NCBI GenBank assembly: GCA_963674945.2
Contig: CAXXWQ010000003.1
Location: 1,024,001-1,088,000, forward strand
DNA length: 64,000 nucleotides
DNA from: an uncultured Desulfosarcina sp.
Lineage (GTDB): Bacteria > Desulfobacterota > Desulfobacteria > Desulfobacterales > Desulfosarcinaceae
Direction of reading: 5' to 3'
Shown: positions 10,038 to 20,987 of the stretch, piece by piece
Numbering within the stretch: the stretch's first letter is position 1
Layout: the number at the start of each line of letters is the position of its first letter
Program-made: the position numbers and the translations under genes
Notes under the pieces: generated by a model
Database searches by the model: none
The model's input: only the letters and a program-made list of their open reading frames with translations
Told to the model about the DNA's origin: nothing

Positions 10038-10583
10038 TTAACTAGTGGCAACAAGGCGCTCCCCTTCCCTCAGTGCCTTGACATTCAATTCCCGCATCCG
10101 TCCGCGGTACCGTTCTTCGATAAGACGATCCAAACTCTCAAGTTTGACAATCCCCGTATGTTTGGAGATGGCACCGAGGGCGATGATGTTGGCCACGCCC
10201 ACATTGCCCAGTTCGCGCGCCCTTTGGACAAATGGATATCCAAAAAGTCCTTTTCTCTTTTCCGCCGTCACCAAGTCAGAATCATAAAAAAGTCGGGTTG
10301 CCGGCGTTACGACCCCATGAATCTTCTCCAAGGATACTTGCGTCAAAACCAGGGCCACATCCGCCTGCAAGACCTGTTGAAAGAGAATCTCCGAATCATC
10401 GACGATGACCTCGGCCATGGAGAAACCACCCCTGGAGGCGATACCGTAGGAGGCCGTCTGGACCACATTCTTCTTCTCCAACATGGCCGCATTGGCAAGC
10501 AGGATACCGGAAACAACCAGGCCCTGGCCACCGGAACCGGCCAGGACCACCTCATATCGATGTTTTTCCATCTTATGGTTCAT
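10038..10583 (-). CDS. korC: 2-oxoacid:acceptor oxidoreductase gamma subunit
   Basis: AGSGGQG, SYG-x3-RGG, ANIIALGA. Confidence 0.88.
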   Translation of the reverse strand: MNHKMEKHRYEVVLAGSGGQGLVVSGILLANAAMLEKKNVVQTASYGIASRGGFSMAEVIVDDSEILFQQVLQADVALVLTQVSLEKIHGVVTPATRLFYDSDLVTAEKRKGLFGYPFVQRARELGNVGVANIIALGAISKHTGIVKLESLDRLIEERYRGRMRELNVKALREGERLVATS

Positions 10584-11416
10584 CCTTTTCCATCCGAGCT
10601 CGAATCCATGGCCTTTTGCCGTATCTTCTCATACCGGGAGTGAAAGTCCGTTTCATCACGGTCCACCAGGGTGCCGAAGGGGAAAAAACCTTTGGCGATT
10701 TCTTCTTTTCGGCCTTCAAACGCCTTTACGGGGATTGCCATTTTCTTAAGCCACCGAAGCATTTCAGGAGCGGATCTCATATCGTTCGCACGACCGAAAT
10801 GGGTGGGGCAGGGGCTGATCACCTCGACAACGGAAAAACCTCTTTTGTCCAACGCTCGCCGGATGCTCTTTTCCAGCTCCCGCACGTGATAGACCGTGGC
10901 ACGCGCCACATAATTGGCACCGGCCACATCGGCCAGAGCGCAGATGTCCAATCCTCGCTCGGGATTGCCGTGCCGACTGGTCTGGGTGATCATGTCCGAA
11001 GGGGTGGTTCCCGAAACCTGGCCGCCGGTCATGCCGTAATTGAAGTTATTGACGACAATGGCCGTAAGATCCATGTTTCTCCTCGCCGCATGGAGAAAAT
11101 GGTTGCCGCCGATGGTGACCCCGTCCCCGTCTCCCATCAGCGCCACCACATGAAGGTTTGGCTTGTACGCCTTGATACCGGTGGCAAAGCAAAGCGCCCG
11201 TCCGTGGGTCGTGTGGAGCGCGTTGGTCAAGAGGTAATCGTCGGTCTTTCCCGTGCAGCCGATACCGGTGACGACAACCGTATCCTTGACCGCGTACCCG
11301 AGGGATTCAAATGATCGAAGCATCGCACCCAAGGCAACGCCGATACCGCACCCCGCACACCACATATGCGGCAATGCTTCTTGTTTGAGATACTTCATTC
11401 CCCGTGGGTAGCCCAT
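10580..11416 (-). CDS. korB: 2-oxoacid:ferredoxin oxidoreductase beta subunit (TPP-binding)
   Basis: WCAGCG, GIGC, HGRA, GDGD, YGMTGGQ, SPCPT. Confidence 0.92.
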   Translation of the reverse strand: MGYPRGMKYLKQEALPHMWCAGCGIGVALGAMLRSFESLGYAVKDTVVVTGIGCTGKTDDYLLTNALHTTHGRALCFATGIKAYKPNLHVVALMGDGDGVTIGGNHFLHAARRNMDLTAIVVNNFNYGMTGGQVSGTTPSDMITQTSRHGNPERGLDICALADVAGANYVARATVYHVRELEKSIRRALDKRGFSVVEVISPCPTHFGRANDMRSAPEMLRWLKKMAIPVKAFEGRKEEIAKGFFPFGTLVDRDETDFHSRYEKIRQKAMDSSSDGKG

Positions 11417-11439
11417 TACCTCCCCCCTTATTTCTCGTT

Positions 11440-11478
11440 AGTGTCTGTCCAGGAATAGGCCATTTTTGGATGTGCACT
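11440..11478. repeat. Short palindromic element, ends-only form of the 41198-41339 element
   Basis: AGTGTCTGTCCAGGAAT...ATTTTTGGATGTGCACT resembles both termini of the longer copy. Confidence 0.6.
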
Positions 11479-11480
11479 CG

Positions 11481-12623
11481 TCACGCTTTCGGTGCGTCGA
11501 TGACGTCCAATATATCTTGGGGCGAGATGATCTGCCCGTTGCAGACATTCACCCGCCGGATATCCGCCGTCGGACCGAGAACTTTGCGTACTTCACCGGC
11601 CATCTGACCTTCGTAGTTCATCTCCGGCACGACCACCATCGTTGCCTTTCGCCCATATTCCAAAACCGCACTTTCCGCAAAGGGCCATAGGGTAATCAAC
11701 TGCAATACACCAGTCTTGACCCCCTTCTTTCGAAGTACCATGGCCGCCGCACGACTGGCCCTGGTCGTGATACCATAGGCGATCAGCAGAATCTCTGCGT
11801 CTTTCGCATGGAAAGCCTTGGTAATCACGATCTCGTCAAGATGGCGTTGAATCTTTCTGTGCAGTTGCGACACCCGCCATTTCGCGTTGTCCGGATCGTT
11901 GTTGCTGTATCCATCCATACCGTGCATGGAACTGGAGACGTGGAACACACAATCGTCGCCATAGGCGGCAAGAGGTGCGATGCCGTCTTCGTCCGGAGCG
12001 AAGGGCCGATATGCTTCCGGTCGGCAACCGGCCGGCTTTTTACGATTCACCACCTCGATGGCCCCCGGCGGCGGAATCACGATGTTTTCACGCATATGCG
12101 CCACCACCTCGTCCGGTGCCACCACCACCGGCACCCTGTATTTCTCCGCAAAGTTAAAGGCCGTCACCGCCACCGAGAAACACTGCTCCACCGTTGCCGG
12201 ACAAAGGGCGATCAGACACTGGTCCCCATGGCGGCCCCAGCGCAGTTGCATCACATCGGACTGGGCCGGTTTCGTCGCCAGCCCCGTGCTCGGCCCGCTG
12301 CGCTGAACATTGACCACCACGCAGGGGACCTCTGTCATGATGGCCATCCCCAGATTCTCCTGCATGAGGGAAAATCCCGGGCCGCTGGTGGCCGTAAATG
12401 CCTTGGCACCGGCCAAAGAGGCCCCCACGATGGCGCCCATGCTGGCGATCTCATCTTCCATCTGCATGAACATGCCACCGATGCGGGGCAATCTTTTGGA
12501 ACAGACGGTGGCGATCTCCGAAGAGGGCGTGATGGGGTATCCGGCAAAAAAACGTGCGCCAGCGTAAAAAGCGCCTTCGGCAATGGCCTCGTTTCCCTGC
12601 AGCAATGTTGGTCGAGGTTCCAT
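11481..12623 (-). CDS. korA: 2-oxoacid:acceptor oxidoreductase alpha subunit
   Basis: GNEAIA, GYPITPSSE, QMEDE, TATSGPG, QRSGPSTG. Confidence 0.92.
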   Translation of the reverse strand: MEPRPTLLQGNEAIAEGAFYAGARFFAGYPITPSSEIATVCSKRLPRIGGMFMQMEDEIASMGAIVGASLAGAKAFTATSGPGFSLMQENLGMAIMTEVPCVVVNVQRSGPSTGLATKPAQSDVMQLRWGRHGDQCLIALCPATVEQCFSVAVTAFNFAEKYRVPVVVAPDEVVAHMRENIVIPPPGAIEVVNRKKPAGCRPEAYRPFAPDEDGIAPLAAYGDDCVFHVSSSMHGMDGYSNNDPDNAKWRVSQLHRKIQRHLDEIVITKAFHAKDAEILLIAYGITTRASRAAAMVLRKKGVKTGVLQLITLWPFAESAVLEYGRKATMVVVPEMNYEGQMAGEVRKVLGPTADIRRVNVCNGQIISPQDILDVIDAPKA

Positions 12624-13633
12624 TTTGGTTTCCTTTCAATTTGCCAAAGGGGTCGGTCAACCACATGCCTGCGTTACGACCCTGCTACGATTCCATCCAT
12701 ATTTTAACGGCCCTTAGGCCATTGATCCACTATAACGCCTGGAAGGATAATTTTGCCACCTTTTCTAAAGCGCGGCAATAAGAGTCTGCGCCCAAAATTG
12801 CGAAAAGTCCCGCGCGGATTGGCTTAACAGGGTCAAACATTATTTGATTTAATTTGACCATTCTATGTAGGCAACGCACTCCCCGTAGCTACTGAACATT
12901 GAATATTGGTCCGGGTGGCCGTTGTAAGTTGTTATCACAAGTTTTATTGGCACCTGTGGCATTCATATACCCTATACTAATTGCAACTTTTGGTAAACTT
13001 GTGATGACTCAGCCGTGTATCTGGCGTCCGGGCCAATTGAAGATACGATTTTTTAATCTGCAGAATGGAATAAAAATAGAGCGAAAGGAATTCGATGTGT
13101 ACGAAAAAATCAATTTTTGAGATTCGGTTCAGATTATTTTTATAATCTGTACCTCGGGGAATAATGGCGGACCACAAGATATGGTATGGGTAATTGTCGC
13201 CTTGAAATCAAGAAATCTGGCGAAAGCGTAATTCCAAATAGCGAACCAGATTTTTCAATGGTTCTATTCTCGGCTGGCCAACTATAACTTTTCATGAGAA
13301 ATACAGAAAATATTCCTGGGTTGAAACCAGTGGTCCCCCGAAATGAGCACTATTGGCAATAGTGCTTGGCCGATATCCTAAGCATGCCTGCAGTTTTTGC
13401 TGTTTCGCGATATTGTCCATATAACACAATTGAAAGCTCCAACTGTGTGACCCAACCTTTTGACAAATATATTGCCCTTTAGTTGGTAAGATTGTTTACT
13501 TCTGATGGGTGAATTTGGGCCAAAATTGATCCATTGACGGAATATCCAGAGGCTTCCTGGTCGGGAGCGCTGACAATTCGAACGATCCCTTGGGAAACGA
13601 GCTTACGCGAGATGGCCCTTACAACGGGAGGAT

Positions 13634-15289
13634 TTACTTTTTCTCGGCAAGATGATTCATGGCCACATACCCGAAGGTACAGGATGGACCTAAGGTGGAT
13701 CCCGGCCCCGGATAAGTCTGCCCCATAACGGAAGCTGAATTGTTACCAGTACAATACAGTCCCTCGATCACCGAGCCATCTTCGCGCAATACCCGGGCAT
13801 GTTCATCGGTAAGCAAACCACCCTTGGTTCCCAAATCTCCCGGATAAAACCTGATTGCGTAAAAAGGCCCATTTTCAAAGGGAGCGAGATTGGCGTTGGG
13901 TAGAACCCGGGGATCGCCATAGTACCGGTCGTATATATCATTGCCCCGTTTAAAATCATCATCGAGGCCCTGTTTCGCAAAGCTATTGAATCTCTTGACG
14001 GTCTTAACCAGATTTTCTTCATTGATGTTGCATTTATTGGCAAGTTCTTCAATCGTGTCGGCCTTCACAATGGTGCCGTCTTTTATGTATTTTTTCGGTG
14101 TTAGACCTGGCATCATCATTCCGAACATGTACTTGCGGCGATGTTGTTTACTTATGATCAGCCATGAAGGAATTGCACCACCAACTTTCGCTTCTCGGTC
14201 CAGTATAGCACGGCCAAAATCAACATAAGAAGTGGATTCATTGACGTAACGTTCACCTGAGTGGTCAACCAGTATAGTACCAGGAAACGAACGGTCATTA
14301 ACTGAAAACATGACTTTCCCATCCATGATGTAAGAACCGCCCCACCAGGCTTCGTCCATCAAGGCCATTGCGCATCCGATCTTCTCACCGATCTGATGGA
14401 TATCGCCGGTATTTCCGGGGCTGGCGGACGTCCAGTCGGCTCCGACAGGCTGATGCTTGCGCCTGTATTCATCGCCCTTAGCGAAACCGCCGGCCGCCAG
14501 CAGGATGCCCTTTTGGGCCTGAACGTTTACCAGTTTTCCTTCCTTTTCAATTACGAGGCCGACGGCGCGACCGTCTTGTATAATGATATCTTTCATGGGA
14601 CATTCTAACCATACCGGGGTCTTGTAATTGGATTGCAGAATATACATCAGCTGCCCAACCAGACTCCTTCCGATGCCAAGGGGATACCTTCCGGTTAAGG
14701 TCCAGCCAATGGCGATTCCCAGTATCTTCATGGCGGTCGTAAAACCTTTCCAGGTTTGGAAAACAAGGGGCAACAGATATGCATTGGCTGATTTGACCGG
14801 AACATTCGGCGCACTCGGCACGCCATTAATCGTTTTTAATAGCTTGCCGAGTTTTTTTCCGTTAAAAATCTCACCTTCGATACATCGGCCAACCTTACCG
14901 CCAGGTTTTTCCGGATAATAATCCGGATAGAATTCGGCCCGCACCCATTCAAAGCCGAAGTCCCGTAACATCTCAACCATCACCGGAGCATTTTTAACAT
15001 AGGCCTCTTTTCTTTCTCTGGAACTGGCCGGTCCGACATCATGGATAACCGCCTCCATGTATTTCAGAGCTTCTTCTTCCGAATCCAGAAGTCCCGCTTC
15101 TCGCATCAAAAAGTTGTTGGGTATCCATAGTCCGCCGCCGGAATATGCACTGGAACCACCCCACTTATCCATCTTTTCAGTCACGAGGGTTTTCATACCG
15201 TTTTTTCCAGCGGTAATTGCACCGGTAAGAGCCCCCGCACCACTTCCCACTACAATAACATCGTAGGTTGAATGCCAGTTATTGCTCAT
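13634..15289 (-). CDS. kstD: 3-oxosteroid Delta1-dehydrogenase-like flavoprotein
   Basis: VVGSGAG, GGSSAYSGGGLWIPNN, YPDYYPE-x-PGG, NESTSY, GDLGTKGG, YPGPGSTLG; SD GAGGAG before ATG 15289. Confidence 0.82.
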   Translation of the reverse strand: MSNNWHSTYDVIVVGSGAGALTGAITAGKNGMKTLVTEKMDKWGGSSAYSGGGLWIPNNFLMREAGLLDSEEEALKYMEAVIHDVGPASSRERKEAYVKNAPVMVEMLRDFGFEWVRAEFYPDYYPEKPGGKVGRCIEGEIFNGKKLGKLLKTINGVPSAPNVPVKSANAYLLPLVFQTWKGFTTAMKILGIAIGWTLTGRYPLGIGRSLVGQLMYILQSNYKTPVWLECPMKDIIIQDGRAVGLVIEKEGKLVNVQAQKGILLAAGGFAKGDEYRRKHQPVGADWTSASPGNTGDIHQIGEKIGCAMALMDEAWWGGSYIMDGKVMFSVNDRSFPGTILVDHSGERYVNESTSYVDFGRAILDREAKVGGAIPSWLIISKQHRRKYMFGMMMPGLTPKKYIKDGTIVKADTIEELANKCNINEENLVKTVKRFNSFAKQGLDDDFKRGNDIYDRYYGDPRVLPNANLAPFENGPFYAIRFYPGDLGTKGGLLTDEHARVLREDGSVIEGLYCTGNNSASVMGQTYPGPGSTLGPSCTFGYVAMNHLAEKK

Positions 15290-15326
15290 ATTTTTATGTC
15301 TCCTCATATTCATTTTAACGGGTTGA

Positions 15327-16307
15327 TCAAGACAAGCCAGAAACCCTGGCGTTCGATTCATACCCTTTTAAAAGTTCTTCCGGAACCGCTGTGATCAGTT
15401 CTTCCATTGTCCAGGGATGATTATCTTTTTTGATTGTGTGGATCGGGGCGGGATCAGACCATATGGTTATCCTTCCGGAGGCGGTAATATCAAAAACGGC
15501 GCCACTGATAGTGGCCGCCTCCTCGGTGGCCAGATAGGCTAAAAATGGCGCCAGGTTCTCAGCAGGGCCGTGATCCTCTTCAACCTTCCTGACCCTTTCT
15601 TCATCGATCGTAACACCGGCGTTGCTCAGTTTCTTTATCATCGACTTAAATTCTACAAAATGGCCCGGGGAGGCCGCCTGGGGGCAAATCGTGTTGACGG
15701 TGACACCGGTGGGATATAAATCCTTGGCCGCCGCCTTGCTCAAACCGACAATCCCGGCATTTGCCGCGCTATAGGCGAAGAGTCCCGGCAACCCGATGAA
15801 CGCCATAGATGAGATATTGATGACGCGTCCAAATTTTTGCTCAATCATGAATGGAACCGCGTGGTGCATACAATTGTATGCGCCTTTCATCTTTGGAATC
15901 GTCTGGTAGTCCCAATCCGCTTCGGTAGTGTCCGTCAACATGCCAGTTCCCAATCCAGCAGCGTTGTTGACCAGAATATCAACCCTTCCGTATGTATTTA
16001 TCGCTTTTTGAATCATCTGACCTGCGGTGTCGTAGTCAGCGACATTTCCAAAAAAAGGGACGGCTTCACCGCCTTCCTCTTTTATTTGTTGCGCAGTACC
16101 CTCAGCGTCTCCTCGCATGGAAAGATATTTTTTATTTTCCTCTTCGCTTAAATTCGGGTCTAATACTATGTTCTTTTTGTCAAGTGGTTTACGATTGTTG
16201 GTCACCACCTTCGCTCCCTCGCGAGCCATACCGATGGCGATCCCTCTACCGATTCCTTGTCCGGATCCTGTGACCACTGCTACTTTTCCTTCGAGTTTTT
16301 TACTCAT
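15327..16307 (-). CDS. SDR family oxidoreductase
   Basis: TGSGQGIG, VNNA, NISS; YSAAN in place of YxxxK. Confidence 0.88.
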   Translation of the reverse strand: MSKKLEGKVAVVTGSGQGIGRGIAIGMAREGAKVVTNNRKPLDKKNIVLDPNLSEEENKKYLSMRGDAEGTAQQIKEEGGEAVPFFGNVADYDTAGQMIQKAINTYGRVDILVNNAAGLGTGMLTDTTEADWDYQTIPKMKGAYNCMHHAVPFMIEQKFGRVINISSMAFIGLPGLFAYSAANAGIVGLSKAAAKDLYPTGVTVNTICPQAASPGHFVEFKSMIKKLSNAGVTIDEERVRKVEEDHGPAENLAPFLAYLATEEAATISGAVFDITASGRITIWSDPAPIHTIKKDNHPWTMEELITAVPEELLKGYESNARVSGLS

Positions 16308-16332
16308 AATTATCCCTTATTAAATATACCGC

Positions 16333-17262
16333 CTATACTGAGTCGCCAAGGCTGGTGGTGAATTTAAGAATTTTCCCCATATGGAGGACCTCAAATTCCA
16401 TGACACCGGCAATTAGAGGTAATTTATTTGATAAAAAATCATATAAATCGCCATTGTCTTGAAACATTGTCCTAAAGTAGATATGCCAATGTCCCGTAAT
16501 CAGACTTACATACATCGCCATATTTTGTTCTAATAACTCATTGGCCGCGAGGTGGATTGTGTCTGGTTTGGACTTTATCAGTACAGCAACCCCAGTTTTA
16601 TAACCCAGCACAGTTTGATCAATGGAAGTAAAAAGTTTGATGACTCCATCGTCCAATAGTCTTTCTAAATTTACTTTCGCTGTAGTATTACTGCAGCCAA
16701 CCGTTTGGGCCAGTCTCGTTATGGTTTGTCTTGGGTCCTGCTGCATTGCCTTGATGATTGATTGATCAAGCGTGCTGGGAACATATATGGTATTTTCGAG
16801 GGTAGTTGCCGGTTTTGGTATGGAATGTTTCTGGGACTTCGCCACCCACTGATAGCAGTGCATGATTTCGACATCTGTAATATCAGGAATGTTCGCCAAA
16901 CCTTCTGACATGAAGTCTCCCAAGACAAAAGAATCCTTAAGGTATGCCCATGCAAGAATGTTAAATCGGCCTGCGGATAGAAAAACGGACTTGATCTCCT
17001 GCAAGTACGCCAATTGTTTTGCTACGACTTCAGCCTCTCCCGGGGTAACCTTAATTCCCATCAGAAGCGGGAAATGATTGCCCCTATGGCCTTCGTCACT
17101 CACACAGTATATCTTTAGAATGCCGTTATCGATCAGCCTCTGCATGCGGTAACGGGCTGCCGATCTTGTCATTCCAATTCTTCGGGCAAGCGCTCGAACC
17201 GGTTGCCGGGCATCCTTGTTTAGCTCCTCAATAAGTCTTAGATCAGTCTCATCGAGCGACAT
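16333..17262 (-). CDS. Lrp/AsnC regulator with tandem-duplicated architecture
   Basis: Two HTH+RAM units (LDETDLRLIEELNKDAR; LDQSIIKAMQQDPR). Confidence 0.85.
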   Translation of the reverse strand: MSLDETDLRLIEELNKDARQPVRALARRIGMTRSAARYRMQRLIDNGILKIYCVSDEGHRGNHFPLLMGIKVTPGEAEVVAKQLAYLQEIKSVFLSAGRFNILAWAYLKDSFVLGDFMSEGLANIPDITDVEIMHCYQWVAKSQKHSIPKPATTLENTIYVPSTLDQSIIKAMQQDPRQTITRLAQTVGCSNTTAKVNLERLLDDGVIKLFTSIDQTVLGYKTGVAVLIKSKPDTIHLAANELLEQNMAMYVSLITGHWHIYFRTMFQDNGDLYDFLSNKLPLIAGVMEFEVLHMGKILKFTTSLGDSV

Positions 17263-17326
17263 CTATTGTTTCCTCTATCAAGTTAAATAAAAATAACTCA
17301 CATAACCTTGTACACTCTTTTTTTCA

Positions 17327-18622
17327 TTAAAAACTTAAATTAAAACCCACTGCGAATGTATTAGAATCTGCCTCTATTTTTTGTTGAGATCCAATGGGAC
17401 TATGATTGTTTACAGCCGACACAACCAAACTGTGATGAAAAGCGAGTGTCACATTGAGTGTTGGCTTGATGTAATAGGTCGCACCTATCCCAAGACTTTT
17501 TGAATCAAGTTTATTATCCAAGTCAGATTGCAATTCATCCGGCAAACCTTTTTTTGAATAAAGATATCCAATGCTGGCCAGCAATTTTTCCGGAATTACG
17601 TTGTACTCCAGTCCAACGCCGGCCTCCCAGCCGTTCCCGATATTTTGTCCCTTTTCATCAGACCAGTCCGTTCCCTCGTTATAGTAGAAAATGAAACCGG
17701 TCTCGACTCTCCACCGTGGCGTAATATGATAAGACACGCCGAGTGCAATATCTTGAGGAATTGTTTTATCCGCTTTTGTTCCATCTACATCCGTAAAAGT
17801 GCCATAGAGATCCTTGCCATCATTAATTTCTTGTTCCAACTCCATCTTGGTATAGTACGAATACCGAAAACCGATATTCAGCCCTTCCGATGGTGCGATA
17901 TTCGCTCCGACGATAAACCCATAGCAGCCACCGGATAGACTCATATCCAGTTCTTCGGTAGGCTGCTGCACACCATTGAGAAATGGCGTTACCTTCGCAT
18001 CACTACCGCCGATGGTGTGGACATATCGCAATTGCCCCGCAATGGAGAGCATGTCGTTTACGGCATATGCTGCGCCTATCGAAAAACCGGCTCCAAAAAA
18101 ATAACCACCGAATTCCGATGTAACATCTACGTCCTCTATGGGAATTCCTTGCTCTAATGCCGGCAGAATCGCGCCCAACATAACTCCCATATAATCGGAA
18201 AAAGGAAGTCCATCATCATGAGATCCGGCACCGCCGCCGGTCATGATATCAAAACCGAACATGTAGGCCATTTTTTCTTTTTTATACGCCACATGCAAAT
18301 TCGGAAATATCGGCGTAAAAATATAGGAATTATAATTATCATGAGGCAGCTCCGGCGTTGAATCCTTGAAATTTAGCCAACTGTAAAAAGACTGGTTGCT
18401 AAATCCAATATGTGTGCCGTCTTTCATCCTCACAACCCCAGCAGGGTTATAAAAAACAGCATCAACGTCGGTCGATGCATATCTATTTAGTGTTCTGATC
18501 CATTCAGGACTTTGGTTAGGGTTTGAAATGAGGCCGCCGGGCCCCGCACCTGCAAATAGTTTTGTTGTAAAAAACAATGTCATTGCCACAAGGGCCACTG
18601 GCAATAAAATCTTTTTTACCAT
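17327..18622 (-). CDS. FadL/TodX/OmpP1 family outer-membrane transporter for hydrophobic compounds
   Basis: Signal peptide, AVFYNPAG, amphipathic strands, terminal Phe. Confidence 0.85.
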   Translation of the reverse strand: MVKKILLPVALVAMTLFFTTKLFAGAGPGGLISNPNQSPEWIRTLNRYASTDVDAVFYNPAGVVRMKDGTHIGFSNQSFYSWLNFKDSTPELPHDNYNSYIFTPIFPNLHVAYKKEKMAYMFGFDIMTGGGAGSHDDGLPFSDYMGVMLGAILPALEQGIPIEDVDVTSEFGGYFFGAGFSIGAAYAVNDMLSIAGQLRYVHTIGGSDAKVTPFLNGVQQPTEELDMSLSGGCYGFIVGANIAPSEGLNIGFRYSYYTKMELEQEINDGKDLYGTFTDVDGTKADKTIPQDIALGVSYHITPRWRVETGFIFYYNEGTDWSDEKGQNIGNGWEAGVGLEYNVIPEKLLASIGYLYSKKGLPDELQSDLDNKLDSKSLGIGATYYIKPTLNVTLAFHHSLVVSAVNNHSPIGSQQKIEADSNTFAVGFNLSF

Positions 18623-19537
18623 TCGAATTCTCCTTCGATATCAATTTCAGATTTCCTTTGGCTTGAATGGACTTCATTGCCAATTTTTCTGGCCTCGAAA
18701 AATCCCACCCTGTCTCGCCGGTACCCTGTCCTTGGATAGGAAAGGAACCAATATCGTAATAGGACCCGAAACAAGGAACCTACGCTTTAAACAAAAAGCT
18801 AAAAGTCATATAGGCTATTTATTTTATTTAAGTCAACCTATTTATAAATATATTTGCCGTTCTGATTAATATTTTGGGTATAAAAATGCTATTATAAAGA
18901 CAATATCAATAAAAACGGCCGAACTGGGTAATTGAAAAAGGTGAAGTGCTAAAACTGGCAAGAGCGACCATCATGATAATCCGAATAATGCAACATTTGG
19001 CATCGCAAATCTTGTGTTTGTGGATAATCGGGGTAAATCATTGCCCCAGGAAGTGTTTTAAAAAGCAGCAACAGAGTTGAAGAAAAGCGACCGTCGCGAT
19101 GATAAAAGAGTGGCTGTCCAACTACAGTTGTCTGGTTGGCATTGAGCGCCTGAAACGAGCCGGAAATGATTGCCACGTCTATACCACATATCTTCAACCC
19201 GACAACGGTTTCCATAGGATGCCAATTCGTCCAGCCTTTCGGGTCCGCTGCATTAGTTCCGTACATTACTTTCTGAATTTGCTCTTCATCTGTCTTGAAG
19301 AAACGATTTTGTCCTTACATTCTACATGTTCTGATTCACAATCTTGGCAAAATAAATTTCCATTTGGAAGGATCTTTTACGTTTGCAGATAAGAGATATT
19401 TTAGCACCACATCTGGCCAATACGCTGTAAACAATTTAATATTAAAGTATTTTTTTCTTATTTGAAACGAAATCAATAATTGACATTTAACTTCATTGAG
19501 TCTACAGAATATTTCTATATGGAAAAAAAGGGATGAA

Positions 19538-20086
19538 ATGATGAAAAACAATCTGCAAGAAATATCATCTCCAGAATGGACCGCTCGTTTTATCGGTAAC
19601 TTCCGGAAGGTTGAGTTTCACCTCGCCAACTCAGGGATTCAAAAGAGCGAGGGGGCTAAAAGGATGTTGGAAAAATTTTTCATTAAGAGCAATAATCCTG
19701 GTCTGATTGCAGGCAGTCTCGCCTTCTATGCGATAGGCAATATTCTATTTAACCGGCCAAACATCAGCATGGGAGATCTGACGAAGGAGCTTTTACTACC
19801 GCCCGCAACCACCAATCGCCTGGTCGCCTGGTGGGTCGACAATGACTTGGCTGAACGATTATCTGATCCCAACGATAAGCGCGTCGTTCTGGTGAGAATG
19901 ACCGATCATGGTAAAAAATTTCATGAAATAACAGATAGAATCGCCGTCAGGAGAATGCAGTCTTATTTTGCTGAATTCACCTTTGCAGAGGTTGTTCTAT
20001 TAAATTTGCTATTGGAAAAGCTCTTGCTAAGGTTTGAAAATAGCCCAGTGGATTGGTTTGACGATAGCGAAGATGAACTTGCTTGA
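19538..20086 (+). CDS. MarR family regulator
   Basis: ISMGDL...PATTNRLV...DPNDKRVVLVRMTDHG. Confidence 0.8.
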   Translation: MMKNNLQEISSPEWTARFIGNFRKVEFHLANSGIQKSEGAKRMLEKFFIKSNNPGLIAGSLAFYAIGNILFNRPNISMGDLTKELLLPPATTNRLVAWWVDNDLAERLSDPNDKRVVLVRMTDHGKKFHEITDRIAVRRMQSYFAEFTFAEVVLLNLLLEKLLLRFENSPVDWFDDSEDELA

Positions 20087-20173
20087 AAGCGAGATAGGCA
20101 GATGGAGGACCTTTGCTAAGTTGGATCAGATGATACCGGTAAAAAGCAATATCAGATTAAAGGAGGATAAGAT

Positions 20174-20911
20174 ATGGAATTAGGTACGAGTCGTAACTTT
20201 TTGGGTTTTGATGAGAATCTTCTTGCATACGTTGATTCATTTTCTTCACCCGAGCCCAAAGTGCTGGCCGAGCTTCGCCAGGAGACGCTTGATCATCCAT
20301 ATGCCATTTGTCAGGTGACCCACCGGCAGGGACTATTTTTGCAGCTTATGGTAAAGGCAACAAAAGCAAAACGAGTTTTGGACGTGGGGTCTTTCACCGG
20401 ATACAGCGCTCTGTGTATGGCGCTGGCAATACCGAAGGATGGATGGCTTGTCGGTATGGAAATCGATGAAAACAATGCCAAGATAGCGCGTAAGTATTGG
20501 GAAAAGGCCGGAGTGAGTGATAGGGCGGACATGCGTGTCGGTCCGGCAGCCGAAACCATGCAATCCTTACTGGATGAGGGACATGGCGAGACCTTCGACC
20601 TCCTGTTTATCGACGCTGATAAACCCGGCTATCCGAATTATTGGGAATTGGGAATGAAACTGGCTCGTCCAGGGGGAATGCTCATCTATGATAATACCCT
20701 CTTCTCCGGTTCGGTTGCGGTAAAAGGTGAAGAAGCAATGCGAGAAAAGTTAGCGAGAATCTGGCCGGAACAGATGCTTGATACCATGGTCAAGTTTGGA
20801 ACGCATACCCGTGAGTTCAATGAGAAAATTAGTAAAGATCATAGAGCAGACATCTTGATTCTCCCATTCGAAGATGGATTGACGATTGCTGTCAAAAAGC
20901 CCTTGGATTAA
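20174..20911 (+). CDS. Catechol/caffeoyl-CoA-type O-methyltransferase
   Basis: VLDVGSFTGYSAL, FDLLFIDADK, YDNTL; SD AAGGAGG. Confidence 0.92.
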   Translation: MELGTSRNFLGFDENLLAYVDSFSSPEPKVLAELRQETLDHPYAICQVTHRQGLFLQLMVKATKAKRVLDVGSFTGYSALCMALAIPKDGWLVGMEIDENNAKIARKYWEKAGVSDRADMRVGPAAETMQSLLDEGHGETFDLLFIDADKPGYPNYWELGMKLARPGGMLIYDNTLFSGSVAVKGEEAMREKLARIWPEQMLDTMVKFGTHTREFNEKISKDHRADILILPFEDGLTIAVKKPLD

Positions 20912-20987
20912 TTAATTATTTGCACCCGACATCTTTGAATTAACCAACTTCACTTTTCGATCCAACAATGGGAAAGTCATTTTATGG

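Noticed and set aside
12871..12892. GCAAC-N5-CCCCGTAGCTAC shared with 60662-60683, resembling a tRNA 5' end or att site
   Set aside because: No cloverleaf follows, and a match this short could arise by chance in 64 kb
18949..19392. Short ORFs between fadL and marR
   Set aside because: No SD or recognisable family; possibly decayed sequence
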